From a virus (Duplodnaviria > Caudoviricetes), in IMG/VR virus record IMGVR_UViG_3300016722_000151, positions 1-36,447 of that record: a stretch of 36,447 nucleotides of DNA; one strand, given 5' to 3'. The notes under the pieces are model-generated. The model was not told the DNA's origin. It worked only from the letters and a program-made list of their open reading frames with translations, and made no database searches. Position 1 is the first letter of the stretch, and each line of letters opens with the position of its first letter. Both the position numbers and the translations under genes were made by a program. This document shows, piece after piece, positions 25,292 through 33,738 of the stretch.

Positions 25292-27406
25292 CTATTCAAA
25301 ACTGAATACCTCCCCTTTGATGAATTCTTCCATGCCGTATCGCATAGCATCGAGCAAATGGTTAAAATCATCAATTGGCTTGTTTATCTTATTTCCAAAC
25401 TTGTCTTCATCCCACGTATAGTTGCTGATTTCCGTTAAGAAATTTACGCATTTAGGATGAATAATGATTTTGAAATCCTGAATATAGTCAATGCCATTGT
25501 TGACGGAATCCTTACCTTTTCGTGCGGCTCTGATATTCGAAAGGCCCAATTCACGAAGCCGATCAATTGACTTAGGCTCTGCCGAATCTGCCCTGATTCG
25601 TTCCTTGCGATACCCCATTTCCGTAATCTTATTGAAAATCGCCTCGTTCGACATGCCTTTTTGATACATCTCATCAAATACATAAATAACCTTAGATTTT
25701 AAGTCAACCATACCGCACCATAAGGCAGACGGGTCATTTGTATAACCAAAGTCAAGCCCAAATGCGGACTTAATTCCAATAATCTTTTTGATGTCCTCCA
25801 TATTGAATTCTTTCTCTTCCCAGTTCTCATAAACAAGTCCATCAACAATACCCCATTCGCCAAGCCCTGCAACTCTATACCTGCGTGGATTGTTTTTCTT
25901 CATGGTTTCAAACACCTTGCGATCCGCATCATCGAGCCACTCGTTGCACATATAGTTCGTTGTTGAAGCAAAGATATCTGGATCAGGCGGTGCGTCAAAG
26001 AACCGTTTTTTCATCCAATGATGTTCATTCCATGGATTGAATGTAAGCGTAATTTGCTTAAATAGCCCATCCATAACCTGACCGCGAATCGATTCATCTA
26101 GTATATTAAAATCATCTTCTTTTGTGATTTCATAGGCTTCCTCGCATTGTGTTATGGATAAGCCGCTTCCGCTTATCCTCTATATGTTTTCACACAGAGC
26201 AGACTATATCTTCACCTTTTCAGGTGCTTCCCGTTTCGAGTTCACTTAAACCCTACTCTACTAACTAGAAAAGGCACCCTTTTCAGAGTGCCTTTCCTGC
26301 TTTCGATAGTCGTTGAACGTTCTACTTGACATTTTTATATGCTTTTCCATTTACAATCAAACCAATAACCCTATTTGTCACGCCGTATTTCTTACCAAGT
26401 GCGACTGTTCCAAATTCTTTACTTTGTGGAACGTAGGCTGTTCTGATTTCCCTTACTTCTTGGTCTGTAAGTTTAGAATTAGCATTTTCAGAACCGATTC
26501 TTGAAGTTTTTAACCCTAATCCGTATGCATGAATCATTTGTTCTGTACGGTCAGCCCATTCAAGATTTGAAACTTCATTGTTTTGTTTGTTTCCGTCTTT
26601 GTGGTTTACTGTACTTTTGTTTTCCGGATTAGGTATAAAGGCTTCTGCAACCAACCTGTGAAGTCTCACAGTTTTGTCTTTTTCTTGATGAATTAATCTT
26701 ACTTTTACATAACCATCGTGTGTAAGACTTGTGGAACGTATTTTTTCTTTTCGTTTTGCTGTTCCACACCAACCACCAAGGCTTTTCACGCACCCAAGAT
26801 TGCTTATTTGATAAAAGCCTTCGTACCTTTCAATATCTTTCCATTCTTCTTTCATGGTATCACCACCTTATGAATTTCGTAAGTATATGATACCACAACC
26901 ATCTAATTTAATCAAGTAGCTTCGCTGCTGATTGCCCTCGCCTTTACGTTAGGGTGTTCCAGCAATTAGAGAAGTTTATATTAACGATGTGAACCGATAA
27001 TGTTAATCCACATCCAACACAGTGATCCCACATCTACCGTAATAGAAGTAACCTTTAGCGGATCATCAAGACCCCTAAAATAAATCTTTTGACCAGTTGG
27101 CGTATACATCATTTCAAGCGGTGATTCAGTGATTTTCCAATAGGCCTGAACACCTAATCTGTTAATCGCCCATTTTAATTCCGTAAAGCACGAATCTTTC
27201 AGCGTTCGAAAGGTCTTTCTTACGACAAGGATATTAGAACCAGGATATTTAATCATATTCGTTATAAACCATAATGCAGTAGTCTTTGACTTCTTGCTTG
27301 CACGGCTGCCTTTAACTACCCTGTAACGACCTTTGAATTCCCAAAACTGCTTATAACCCTTTCCGACTACATCAGGAAGATATATTTTATTCTTCAAGCT
27401 CATCAC
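25292..27406 (-). CDS. terL: Terminase large subunit, PBSX family; spliced join(27406..27006, 26144..25292), about 415 aa
   Basis: Walker A GSRASKKS in exon 1; splicing restores Walker B WMWI-EEAYE; LTFNP, GLDFG and NHLLDAMRY in exon 2. Confidence 0.93.
26322..26855 (-). CDS. Intron-encoded NUMOD4-HNH homing endonuclease
   Basis: EEWKDI..YEG.YQISNLG.VKS, HRLVAEAF, VNHKDGNK.NN...NLEW, C-terminal HTH. Confidence 0.93.
   Translation of the reverse strand: MKEEWKDIERYEGFYQISNLGCVKSLGGWCGTAKRKEKIRSTSLTHDGYVKVRLIHQEKDKTVRLHRLVAEAFIPNPENKSTVNHKDGNKQNNEVSNLEWADRTEQMIHAYGLGLKTSRIGSENANSKLTDQEVREIRTAYVPQSKEFGTVALGKKYGVTNRVIGLIVNGKAYKNVK
26887..26915 (-). promoter_or_regulatory. Intron-internal sigma-A promoter for the endonuclease
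   Basis: TTGATT-N17-TATCAT with extended TG. Confidence 0.6.
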
Positions 27407-27830
27407 CCCCTACGATAACAACTGGAATTGCATTCTCAATACTCAATTTATCAGTAAAGATACCGTATCTCTTACCTATTAGTTCCGCAGCTTTTATCTG
27501 CTCTTTTGCACCAACAAGTTTTTTCATTTTCCTGGCAGACGACATACCGTCACCATCACCCTCAACTACCACAATTTCCTCTTCTTTTTCTCCACGCATA
27601 ACGGATGTCAGATATTTCATGACCTCATTTGCTTTGGCCACGCGCTCATCCTCAAGCTGTTTCAAGCGTTCGTCTAATTCAGCCTTAACCGATGGTCTAC
27701 TGAGGCAAGCACTTCCAGATTTATTCGCGTGTTTTTCGCTGTATCCTGCTTTGATAGCCGCTTGTGTTGCATTGCCAAGCTCTATGTAAAAGTCTATAAA
27801 TCTCTTTTGTTTTTCGGTTAATACGGCCAT
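27387..27830 (-). CDS. terS: Terminase small subunit
   Basis: LTEKQKRF...Y...NATQAAIKAGYS, KAAELIGKRY. Confidence 0.93.
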   Translation of the reverse strand: MAVLTEKQKRFIDFYIELGNATQAAIKAGYSEKHANKSGSACLSRPSVKAELDERLKQLEDERVAKANEVMKYLTSVMRGEKEEEIVVVEGDGDGMSSARKMKKLVGAKEQIKAAELIGKRYGIFTDKLSIENAIPVVIVGGDELEE

Positions 27831-27851
27831 ATGACCACCTCGTTTTTTGGC

Positions 27852-27890
27852 ATAGAAAAAGAGCCTAAATCATATAGGCTCTTTTTCTAT
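27852..27890. terminator. Perfect 16-bp inverted repeat terminator between flavodoxin moron and terS
   Basis: ATAGAAAAAGAGCCTA-AATCATA-TAGGCTCTTTTTCTAT. Confidence 0.8.
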
Positions 27891-27902
27891 TCTCTTTTCG
27901 TC

Positions 27903-28520
27903 TTATCGAATAAAATTGGTCCACATCTTTTTTTCTGGCACAGGAGGCAATATTTCTGACTTTTTTCCTGCCTCTATGCATTTTAAAAGCCACGCCATAT
28001 TATTACCAAGAGTTCTCATAACCTGCAAGCCCTCTAAATCCTGTTTTACTTCTTCTGGCGTACTGCCATGTACCATATTCCAATACTGTGAAGGTACAAC
28101 AGGCATATTGGAAATGGTAAAATACTTATTAAGCTCATCAAGAGTCGCAGTCGTTCCCGCACGTCTAGCAGATACAATTGCTGCTCCTGGCTTGTATGCA
28201 AAGTTATTTCCTGCATAAAACACTCTATCTAACAAACTAATCAAACTGCCGTTAGCAGAAGCATAATATACAGGCGAACCGATAACAAGTCCATCAGCCG
28301 TTTCCATCTCATTAAGTAATTCATTAGCCAAGTCATCATTAAAAATACAACGACCGTTCGCACACTTATTACAGCCAATACAGCCTCTCATAGGTTTTGC
28401 CCCGATATGGATCATTTTTGTTTCAATACCGTTTTCTATTAACTGTGATTCCACTTCTGACAATGCTGTAAAAGTACACCCTTTACTATGCGGGCTTCCA
28501 TTTAGCAAAATAACTCTCAT
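27903..28520 (-). CDS. Moron: flavodoxin family/iron-sulfur flavoprotein (FMN reductase-like)
   Basis: LLNGSP..KG.T, CIGCNKC...C, GSPVYY, SARRAG, SQYWN. Confidence 0.9.
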   Translation of the reverse strand: MRVILLNGSPHSKGCTFTALSEVESQLIENGIETKMIHIGAKPMRGCIGCNKCANGRCIFNDDLANELLNEMETADGLVIGSPVYYASANGSLISLLDRVFYAGNNFAYKPGAAIVSARRAGTTATLDELNKYFTISNMPVVPSQYWNMVHGSTPEEVKQDLEGLQVMRTLGNNMAWLLKCIEAGKKSEILPPVPEKKMWTNFIR

Positions 28521-28639
28521 ATCCGTTCCTCATTTCTTTTAATTCTCTTGCAATATCATTTATTATATCTTACAATATTTATATGAATAATAATAGTATG
28601 CACTTTTTAGATAGATACTATCAAAAAGGAGAGTATGAA

Positions 28640-28975
28640 ATGAATTGCGATGAAGAAGTAAATGACATTCCTTTCACTTATGCCATGTCATTAATCGATG
28701 GAAAGTGGAAAATGCATATTCTATTTTGGTTACTAAAAAAAGAACCCCTTCGTTATGGAGAACTCAAAAAGCGACTTGGACGCATCACGCATAAAATGTT
28801 AAGCACCCAGCTTAAAGAATTAGAAAAAGACGGCTTGATTAACCGCAAAGAATATCCACAAGTTCCCCCTAAAGTCGAATATAGATTAACTGAAAAAGGG
28901 ATATCCCTTATGCCTGTACTAAATTCTCTCTGCCAATGGGGAGGCGAACATTATCCAGAAGTGCCCTCAAAATAA
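28640..28975 (+). CDS. Moron: HxlR-family winged-helix regulator
   Basis: GKWK..IL, RYGELK, KMLSTQLKELE.DG, PPKVEY.LT; divergent from the flavodoxin; AAGGAG RBS. Confidence 0.92.
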   Translation: MNCDEEVNDIPFTYAMSLIDGKWKMHILFWLLKKEPLRYGELKKRLGRITHKMLSTQLKELEKDGLINRKEYPQVPPKVEYRLTEKGISLMPVLNSLCQWGGEHYPEVPSK

Positions 28976-29007
28976 AAAGCGCCTAGCCGATCTAGCAGCT
29001 AAGCACT
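28970..29007 (-). terminator. Minus-strand terminator just downstream of the putative late promoter
   Basis: AGUGCUUAGCUG-CUAGAU-CGGCUAGGCGCU then UUUUAUUUU; its three G-U pairs work only on the minus strand. Confidence 0.65.
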
Positions 29008-29026
29008 CGTTTTATTCACCAATATT

Positions 29027-29060
29027 ATTTTAACATATATTTTCGTTGCACAGTTCGCAC
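29027..29060 (-). promoter_or_regulatory. Putative activator-dependent late promoter
   Basis: TGTTAAAAT extended -10 without a consensus -35; GTGCGAAC/GTGCAAC repeats directly after the ArpU-like stop codon. Confidence 0.45.
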
Positions 29061-29062
29061 TT

Positions 29063-29509
29063 TTATATATATCCAATATTTTTTGCAATATCGAATAAGA
29101 ATTTTCTCCGATGCTTATAAAAACATGTCTTCCCCATTGATAAAGGTTGATACTCAAATATAAAATTTCGTCCATATATACAACTATCCCATATAGCATC
29201 CGTTAGTCTTTGCCTTTCTGTTTCAGAAATAATATCAACGCCTATTTGAATTCTGGATTGTTCAACTGATCGCATTAATTTTGTATCAATATCGTTTTCT
29301 ATCATTTCGAGCTTAATAACTTTATCATATGTAGGATTGCCAGTCATATTACCCTTAGGTTGCCCATCAGATGGTTTTGTTGAGCCATATATAATAGCTT
29401 CTCGCTTTTTATGATATTCATCTTTTCTGCGGTCATATCCTCTAACAATTGATATACATTGCATTTTCAAATCATCAGGTAATTTGTATTTTGTTTGGCT
29501 CAATACCAT
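29063..29509 (-). CDS. ArpU/RinA-like late transcription regulator
   Basis: 148 aa, last early gene before packaging; GNPT, C-terminal FY..RRKFL..IA helix. Confidence 0.6.
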   Translation of the reverse strand: MVLSQTKYKLPDDLKMQCISIVRGYDRRKDEYHKKREAIIYGSTKPSDGQPKGNMTGNPTYDKVIKLEMIENDIDTKLMRSVEQSRIQIGVDIISETERQRLTDAIWDSCIYGRNFIFEYQPLSMGKTCFYKHRRKFLFDIAKNIGYI

Positions 29510-29576
29510 TCCCCCCCTTAATCCTCACACGCGCGAAGATGTCTATTTTTGTCTATCTCATTTTTTTTGGCACACC

Positions 29577-29993
29577 TCACACCGTCCTTATCTTCACATG
29601 AGGATACCTACTTTTCAGCACTTTCATTTTTACCTTAAAAACGTCAGTTTCAACGCCCTTCGTATCCACAACTTCATAATGTCCATCAGGATAAAAAACA
29701 ATAAAATCCGTCTCATAAATGGAGCCACGCTCATCATCTATCCCCTCTGCTACAATCATATTACCGTGATGTGTAAATCCATCAATGGCACCAGAGCGAA
29801 CGAGTAATTTTAAGTTGCTGTAATATTCCGCTTCTTTCTGGCTGTCAAAACATATTCCGTCCAGCTTTATTCTTTTGGCATTGTATTTGTTTTTCTTTTT
29901 TGGCTTTTTGACTGGGCTCTTCTTGTCACCATGGACTTTCACATGGGGATTTTTATTTAAAATCGACTGCAAATCATCTTCTGATATATACAA
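29577..29993 (-). CDS. DUF1064 PD-(D/E)xK nuclease-like protein
   Basis: NKYNAKR...DG..FDS.KEA.YY, Y.TDF, VVDTKG. Confidence 0.85.
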   Translation of the reverse strand: MYISEDDLQSILNKNPHVKVHGDKKSPVKKPKKKNKYNAKRIKLDGICFDSQKEAEYYSNLKLLVRSGAIDGFTHHGNMIVAEGIDDERGSIYETDFIVFYPDGHYEVVDTKGVETDVFKVKMKVLKSRYPHVKIRTV

Positions 29994-29996
29994 GCC

Positions 29997-30788
29997 TTAT
30001 TCCCCCTTGCCATACTTAGCAAGCTTTTGTGCTGCTAATCTACTAATCTCGTCATAATCATAATCCCTGTCATTAGACAAGCCTATGCCTTTAGCAATCT
30101 TGCAATCGTCTTTCCACCTCTCGCCATTTAGAAACGTGGCGGGATGAGGTATGTATTGACCATTGTCCTTAGTCCATTGGTCTGATGCGTTCCATTTGCG
30201 AATACCTGCAATGATTGTGTCTTTAAGTTTGTCGTTTGGTTTTAACTTGTTCCAAGCCTTTAACGCGTCTTTCTTGCCAACTTTTTTCGGATAACAATCC
30301 CAAAATTCATCAAACCCACCTGCGACCTCTTGTTTTTTAGAGGGCGCTATGAGGGATTCGGATTCTCGAATAGGATTGGATTCGGATTGGATTGGATTAC
30401 GGGAACATTTGCAATCATCTGAAATCATCTGCATGCAGTTGATTTCATGTGCATTTACGTTGTCAGGAGACGGAAATTTACTCTTTTTTGCTCTGATGGA
30501 CTGATGGACTTCCCATGATGGGAGATATAGGTAGGGCTTACTGTCACAATCGTACAATCTCACGCAGCCTACATCCGCCAACTTCTGAAGCGCACCAGAA
30601 ACATCCTTGAGTGCAATCCGTTCCTTTAACGGAAACAATCTTGCTTTCAAAATGGCCGGACGTGCATCCATCCGGCCGTAATCATCACAATTTACGATAA
30701 GGCGGTAAAAGAAAACCTCTTCAAACCAAGACAGTTCATCAACACTTTCACTCGCGCAAATGCTTTCTTTGATGATCCTGTTTGGCAT
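29997..30788 (-). CDS. Phage replication initiator (replisome organiser)
   Basis: MPNRIIK..DDYGR N-terminus; FDEFW..YPKK..K..A.KAW and IPHPATFLN..RW C-terminus. Confidence 0.85.
   Translation of the reverse strand: MPNRIIKESICASESVDELSWFEEVFFYRLIVNCDDYGRMDARPAILKARLFPLKERIALKDVSGALQKLADVGCVRLYDCDSKPYLYLPSWEVHQSIRAKKSKFPSPDNVNAHEINCMQMISDDCKCSRNPIQSESNPIRESESLIAPSKKQEVAGGFDEFWDCYPKKVGKKDALKAWNKLKPNDKLKDTIIAGIRKWNASDQWTKDNGQYIPHPATFLNGERWKDDCKIAKGIGLSNDRDYDYDEISRLAAQKLAKYGKGE
30354..30398. repeat. Iteron-like GGATT repeats (7 copies), candidate phage origin
   Basis: GGATT(C) cluster in the initiator linker, next to two ATCATCTG repeats. Confidence 0.55.
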
Positions 30789-30806
30789 TATGTATCCCCT
30801 CTTTCA

Positions 30807-31445
30807 TTAAAACGGAAGGTCATCTTCCGATCCGTCCATAGATTCGAAACCCTGAGGAGTTTCTCCGTTATCTAATTTATTAATATATTCAGCAATGCCG
30901 CTATCCGCATAGTTTTCAGCCTTCTTAATCTTTTCTTGAATGAACTTAGGTAATTCAGTCCACATAGAAAACGTATCCGGTTCAGACAAATCAAAATAGA
31001 TTAATTCATGTGCCTTGGGAGCAACCATTCCTTTGGGAAATCCCATAATAGAGGCAATGTTTGCGTAGATGTTTCCATCAGACCCTTGGTTATGTATAAT
31101 CTGCATCTGGCACGGTACATGCAATATGTTTTTCATGTCGAACCCAGCTAATTCAGTCGATGTGAACGCCCTGCCACGCCACGCTTGCAAATCTTTTCTA
31201 AGTCCACTCTTTTCATGTAGTGAGTTGCCATATTCCTTATGAAACACTCGCGGGGTTTCTTCTCCATTAACCTCTACGGTTTCCCCTAAGATCTGCCACC
31301 CAAGCATAATCTTTTGCTTCGAATTTCCAAATTTCTCACTCTTTTGAACGCCTATATCAACTAACCTTGTACATATTGCTTGGTAAATCCCCTCTGTAAG
31401 AGGTGGTATGCTGCTACCTTTACTTTCTTTTGCAATAATAGCCAT
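30807..31445 (-). CDS. Phage single-stranded DNA-binding-like protein
   Basis: G.Y.A.C...VD.G.Q N-terminus; acidic tail GSEDDLPF. Confidence 0.6.
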   Translation of the reverse strand: MAIIAKESKGSSIPPLTEGIYQAICTRLVDIGVQKSEKFGNSKQKIMLGWQILGETVEVNGEETPRVFHKEYGNSLHEKSGLRKDLQAWRGRAFTSTELAGFDMKNILHVPCQMQIIHNQGSDGNIYANIASIMGFPKGMVAPKAHELIYFDLSEPDTFSMWTELPKFIQEKIKKAENYADSGIAEYINKLDNGETPQGFESMDGSEDDLPF

Positions 31446-31462
31446 AAGTATTTCTCTCCTTC

Positions 31463-31687
31463 TTAAAACGGTAAATTTTCTTCTTTTAATACAATAGGGC
31501 ACTTTTCGCCCACTCCGTCAAACGGATACAATATATATTCGTCCGTAAGTAGGCACCTGAATCGATGAAGCTTGTCCTCACTCCGACAGAATCGGCACCA
31601 CTGGCAGACGGTTCGGTCTTCAGGAAAGCTCACCGGAATGATAGCCTCCCCATAGGTATAAAACCGCACTCCTTTTTCAAATGCCAT
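31463..31687 (-). CDS. Small Cys-rich protein (CxxCxxC..C..C) ending EENLPF
   Basis: ORF track; RBS GAGGTGG; coupled to neighbours. Confidence 0.65.
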   Translation of the reverse strand: MAFEKGVRFYTYGEAIIPVSFPEDRTVCQWCRFCRSEDKLHRFRCLLTDEYILYPFDGVGEKCPIVLKEENLPF

Positions 31688-31915
31688 TTATACCACCTCT
31701 TGATAAACATAGTTCTTTTGCTCTTCTAGTTCCACAATATCACAGTTTATAAGGCTTAATGCTATATCTATATAGTCAATCACATTGGTAAAATACACAT
31801 CTTTATATTTGCCTATAGGCGCTTCATTTCTGACTCTATTTAGGCATTCTTTCATATTATCCAATACTTCCAATCTATCCTCTATCTGTTCCAATTTATT
31901 GTTATTTAATGGCAC
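31688..31915 (-). CDS. Hypothetical coiled-coil early protein
   Basis: AGAGGTG RBS before GTG at 31915. Confidence 0.6.
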   Translation of the reverse strand: MPLNNNKLEQIEDRLEVLDNMKECLNRVRNEAPIGKYKDVYFTNVIDYIDIALSLINCDIVELEEQKNYVYQEVV

Positions 31916-31917
31916 TC

Positions 31918-32001
31918 TTGACACCTCTTATCTTTTGTATTACAATTTAATTAGTTATTTTACCTTTGTCCGCTTGAAGTTACAGCTTCGGCGGACTTTT
32001 T
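31918..32001 (+). ncRNA. Antisense sRNA module in the early operon (promoter plus about 50-nt RNA)
   Basis: TTGACA-N17-TACAAT (31918-31946) followed by GTCCGCTTGAAG-TTACAG-CTTCGGCGGAC-TTTTT. Confidence 0.55.
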
Positions 32002-32217
32002 ACTGCCCTTTTGGCTTGGCATCTTATCCACATTATCTAAAAAAACATATGTACTTATCCCCAATGCAATCACAACTATTAATTCGCCACCGATTGCAAA
32101 GTATCCACGCTCGGCATAGGCATATGGTGCTAATAGCTTGTACATAAAATAGGCAAATAGAATAGATATGGCGATTTTGATTAATATCTTACCTAAGGAC
32201 CATAAGATTTTTTTCAT
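31960..32217 (-). CDS. Small two-TM early protein
   Basis: Two hydrophobic segments around AY.ERGY.AIGGE; AAGGAG RBS. Confidence 0.7.
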   Translation of the reverse strand: MKKILWSLGKILIKIAISILFAYFMYKLLAPYAYAERGYFAIGGELIVVIALGISTYVFLDNVDKMPSQKGSKKSAEAVTSSGQR

Positions 32218-32235
32218 TGGTATCGCTCCTTCCTC

Positions 32236-32264
32236 TTGCATTATTTTTCCATTAGCGATATAAT
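32236..32264 (+). promoter_or_regulatory. Sigma-A promoter of the counter-oriented moron
   Basis: TTGCAT-N17-TATAAT. Confidence 0.7.
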
Positions 32265-32286
32265 TCGGCTAAAGGAGATGTTTAAC

Positions 32287-32904
32287 GTGGATTTATCTAA
32301 TAACTCAAGTGATTCAATTAATAAACTTGCATTTTCAATGCAAAACCTAGTCGAAAAAGCAATTAGACCGGCACTCTATGAGTTGAATAAAGCTGAAAGC
32401 ACGGCTATAAAATCTGCGCTTAGTGGTATTTCAATGCAAAACACAGTCAACAGATATTTAGAAAACATTTTACCAAATGTATCTTTATATGAAGCATTTA
32501 ATATGCCGTTCTCCCAATTAACGTATTCAATAGAAAGCTTAAAGAAAAGCATAGTAAGTGACTTTAATCTTTCATATGATGCAATGTTTCTTCCTATAAA
32601 CAGCCCAATAAATAAACTTGAAATACTATCATCCGTCATTGATGAATTACCGCTAGAAAATACAACCGAGATTAAAGAAATTATAGAAAAAGAAAAATCC
32701 AAACCTCAAATATCACTTTCTGATTTAATCAATTGCATCGTTCTCGCAATAACCATTATTACATTTATGTTGTCCCAAATTGATTCAGCTCGTCAAGAAC
32801 AGCATAATCAGCAAGTTATTCAGCAATTGCAAAAGCAAAATGATACACTTGAAAACTTATTACAAATAACCATTGACGAAGCTTCTAATAGTCCTGAGAA
32901 TTAA
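32287..32904 (+). CDS. Counter-oriented hypothetical membrane protein (moron)
   Basis: AAGGAG RBS plus GTG; AT-rich; one C-proximal TM helix followed by a Gln-rich coiled coil. Confidence 0.7.
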   Translation: MDLSNNSSDSINKLAFSMQNLVEKAIRPALYELNKAESTAIKSALSGISMQNTVNRYLENILPNVSLYEAFNMPFSQLTYSIESLKKSIVSDFNLSYDAMFLPINSPINKLEILSSVIDELPLENTTEIKEIIEKEKSKPQISLSDLINCIVLAITIITFMLSQIDSARQEQHNQQVIQQLQKQNDTLENLLQITIDEASNSPEN

Positions 32905-33048
32905 ATCCAATATTTGATTATATTGATGGTGAAACACTATCGTCGAAGCCGTTAATGCAATAGCTTCTGTTGCAATGATAATTAGAATCATTAATTGCAT
33001 TTTTTTAACTTGCTCCATTTCTTTTTTTAAATCATCCATTTTTCTCAT
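32860..33048 (-). CDS. Small single-TM hypothetical protein
   Basis: AAAGGG RBS; hydrophobic core; 3' end overlaps the opposite-strand gene. Confidence 0.5.
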   Translation of the reverse strand: MRKMDDLKKEMEQVKKMQLMILIIIATEAIALTASTIVFHHQYNQILDLILRTIRSFVNGYL

Positions 33049-33076
33049 CCCTTTCTAAACTGGTATGCGCTATTCT

Positions 33077-33316
33077 TTACACATTACTTGTTTTAACTTC
33101 AAACATTGCTATTGAAGCTACAGGAATAACAAAATCGTCTTTGCCTTTCCCTTCAATAACCTTTCCAGGCAATTCATGCCTTCTAATATCACTCCTAACT
33201 TTTGCTACGTCTTTTTGGAGATATTCGGCATATTCCTTTGAATTAAGGTTTGGTTTGCCGAATTTTTCTAAGAGGTATTGCAATATTTCTCGGAAGTATT
33301 CAGGTTCTTTTGCCAT
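33077..33316 (-). CDS. Putative excisionase/HTH DNA-binding protein
   Basis: 79 aa after Cro; LN.KEYAEYL......VR..I...ELPG pattern; AAGGAG RBS. Confidence 0.55.
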   Translation of the reverse strand: MAKEPEYFREILQYLLEKFGKPNLNSKEYAEYLQKDVAKVRSDIRRHELPGKVIEGKGKDDFVIPVASIAMFEVKTSNV

Positions 33317-33387
33317 TGTAAAACTCCTTTCTATGTAAGAATCCGTTTTATTGGACTGTCTCTGTGTTATTCTATATGTGTTAGAAA

Positions 33388-33609
33388 TCAAGCTATTGTT
33401 TGCTTGTATTCTTGCTCATATGTAATGAGAACGCCAATTGGGACATCAAGCGCATTAGACAGCTTTGAGATAATAGCAAGATTTATGTCCTTTTGTCTTT
33501 CTCCGTTTTCTATCAAATTATAATAACTTAACGAAATGACAAGTTTATCAGCCATATCTTGTTGCGACATTTTGCGGTCATCGCGTAAATTCTTTAACCA
33601 CTCTCTCAT
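33388..33609 (-). CDS. Cro-like XRE HTH regulator
   Basis: LKNLR...MSQQDMA..L.IS.SYY..IENG.R. Confidence 0.88.
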   Translation of the reverse strand: MREWLKNLRDDRKMSQQDMADKLVISLSYYNLIENGERQKDINLAIISKLSNALDVPIGVLITYEQEYKQTIA

Positions 33610-33625
33610 TTTATCACCCGCTTTC

Positions 33626-33738
33626 TTGACAATACGTAAAGAACACTTTAAATATTACACTATTATTTACATATTGTCAAGATAACATTAAGATTTTTTT
33701 ACAGTTCGTAAAGTTGTATTTACTTTACTATTTGTAAA
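33626..33738. promoter_or_regulatory. Four 15-bp operators TT(T/G)AC-N5-GT(A/C)AA with divergent promoters
   Basis: Sites at 33626, 33666, 33698 and 33724; leftward TTGACA-N17-TAATAT (33680-33652); rightward TTTACT-N17-TATAAT (33719-33747). Confidence 0.8.

Larger units (their letters stand above)
26145..27005 (-). ncRNA. Group I self-splicing intron (IA-like), 861 nt
   Basis: 5' exon ends in U paired to G in P1 (GAUGUGGAU/GUUCACAUC); P AAUUGCUGGAA, Q AAUCAGCAGC, R GUUCAACGACUA (26307-26318), S AAGAUAUAGUCU (26201-26212); P8 CACCU-GAAA-AGGUG; terminal G at 26145. Confidence 0.93.
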
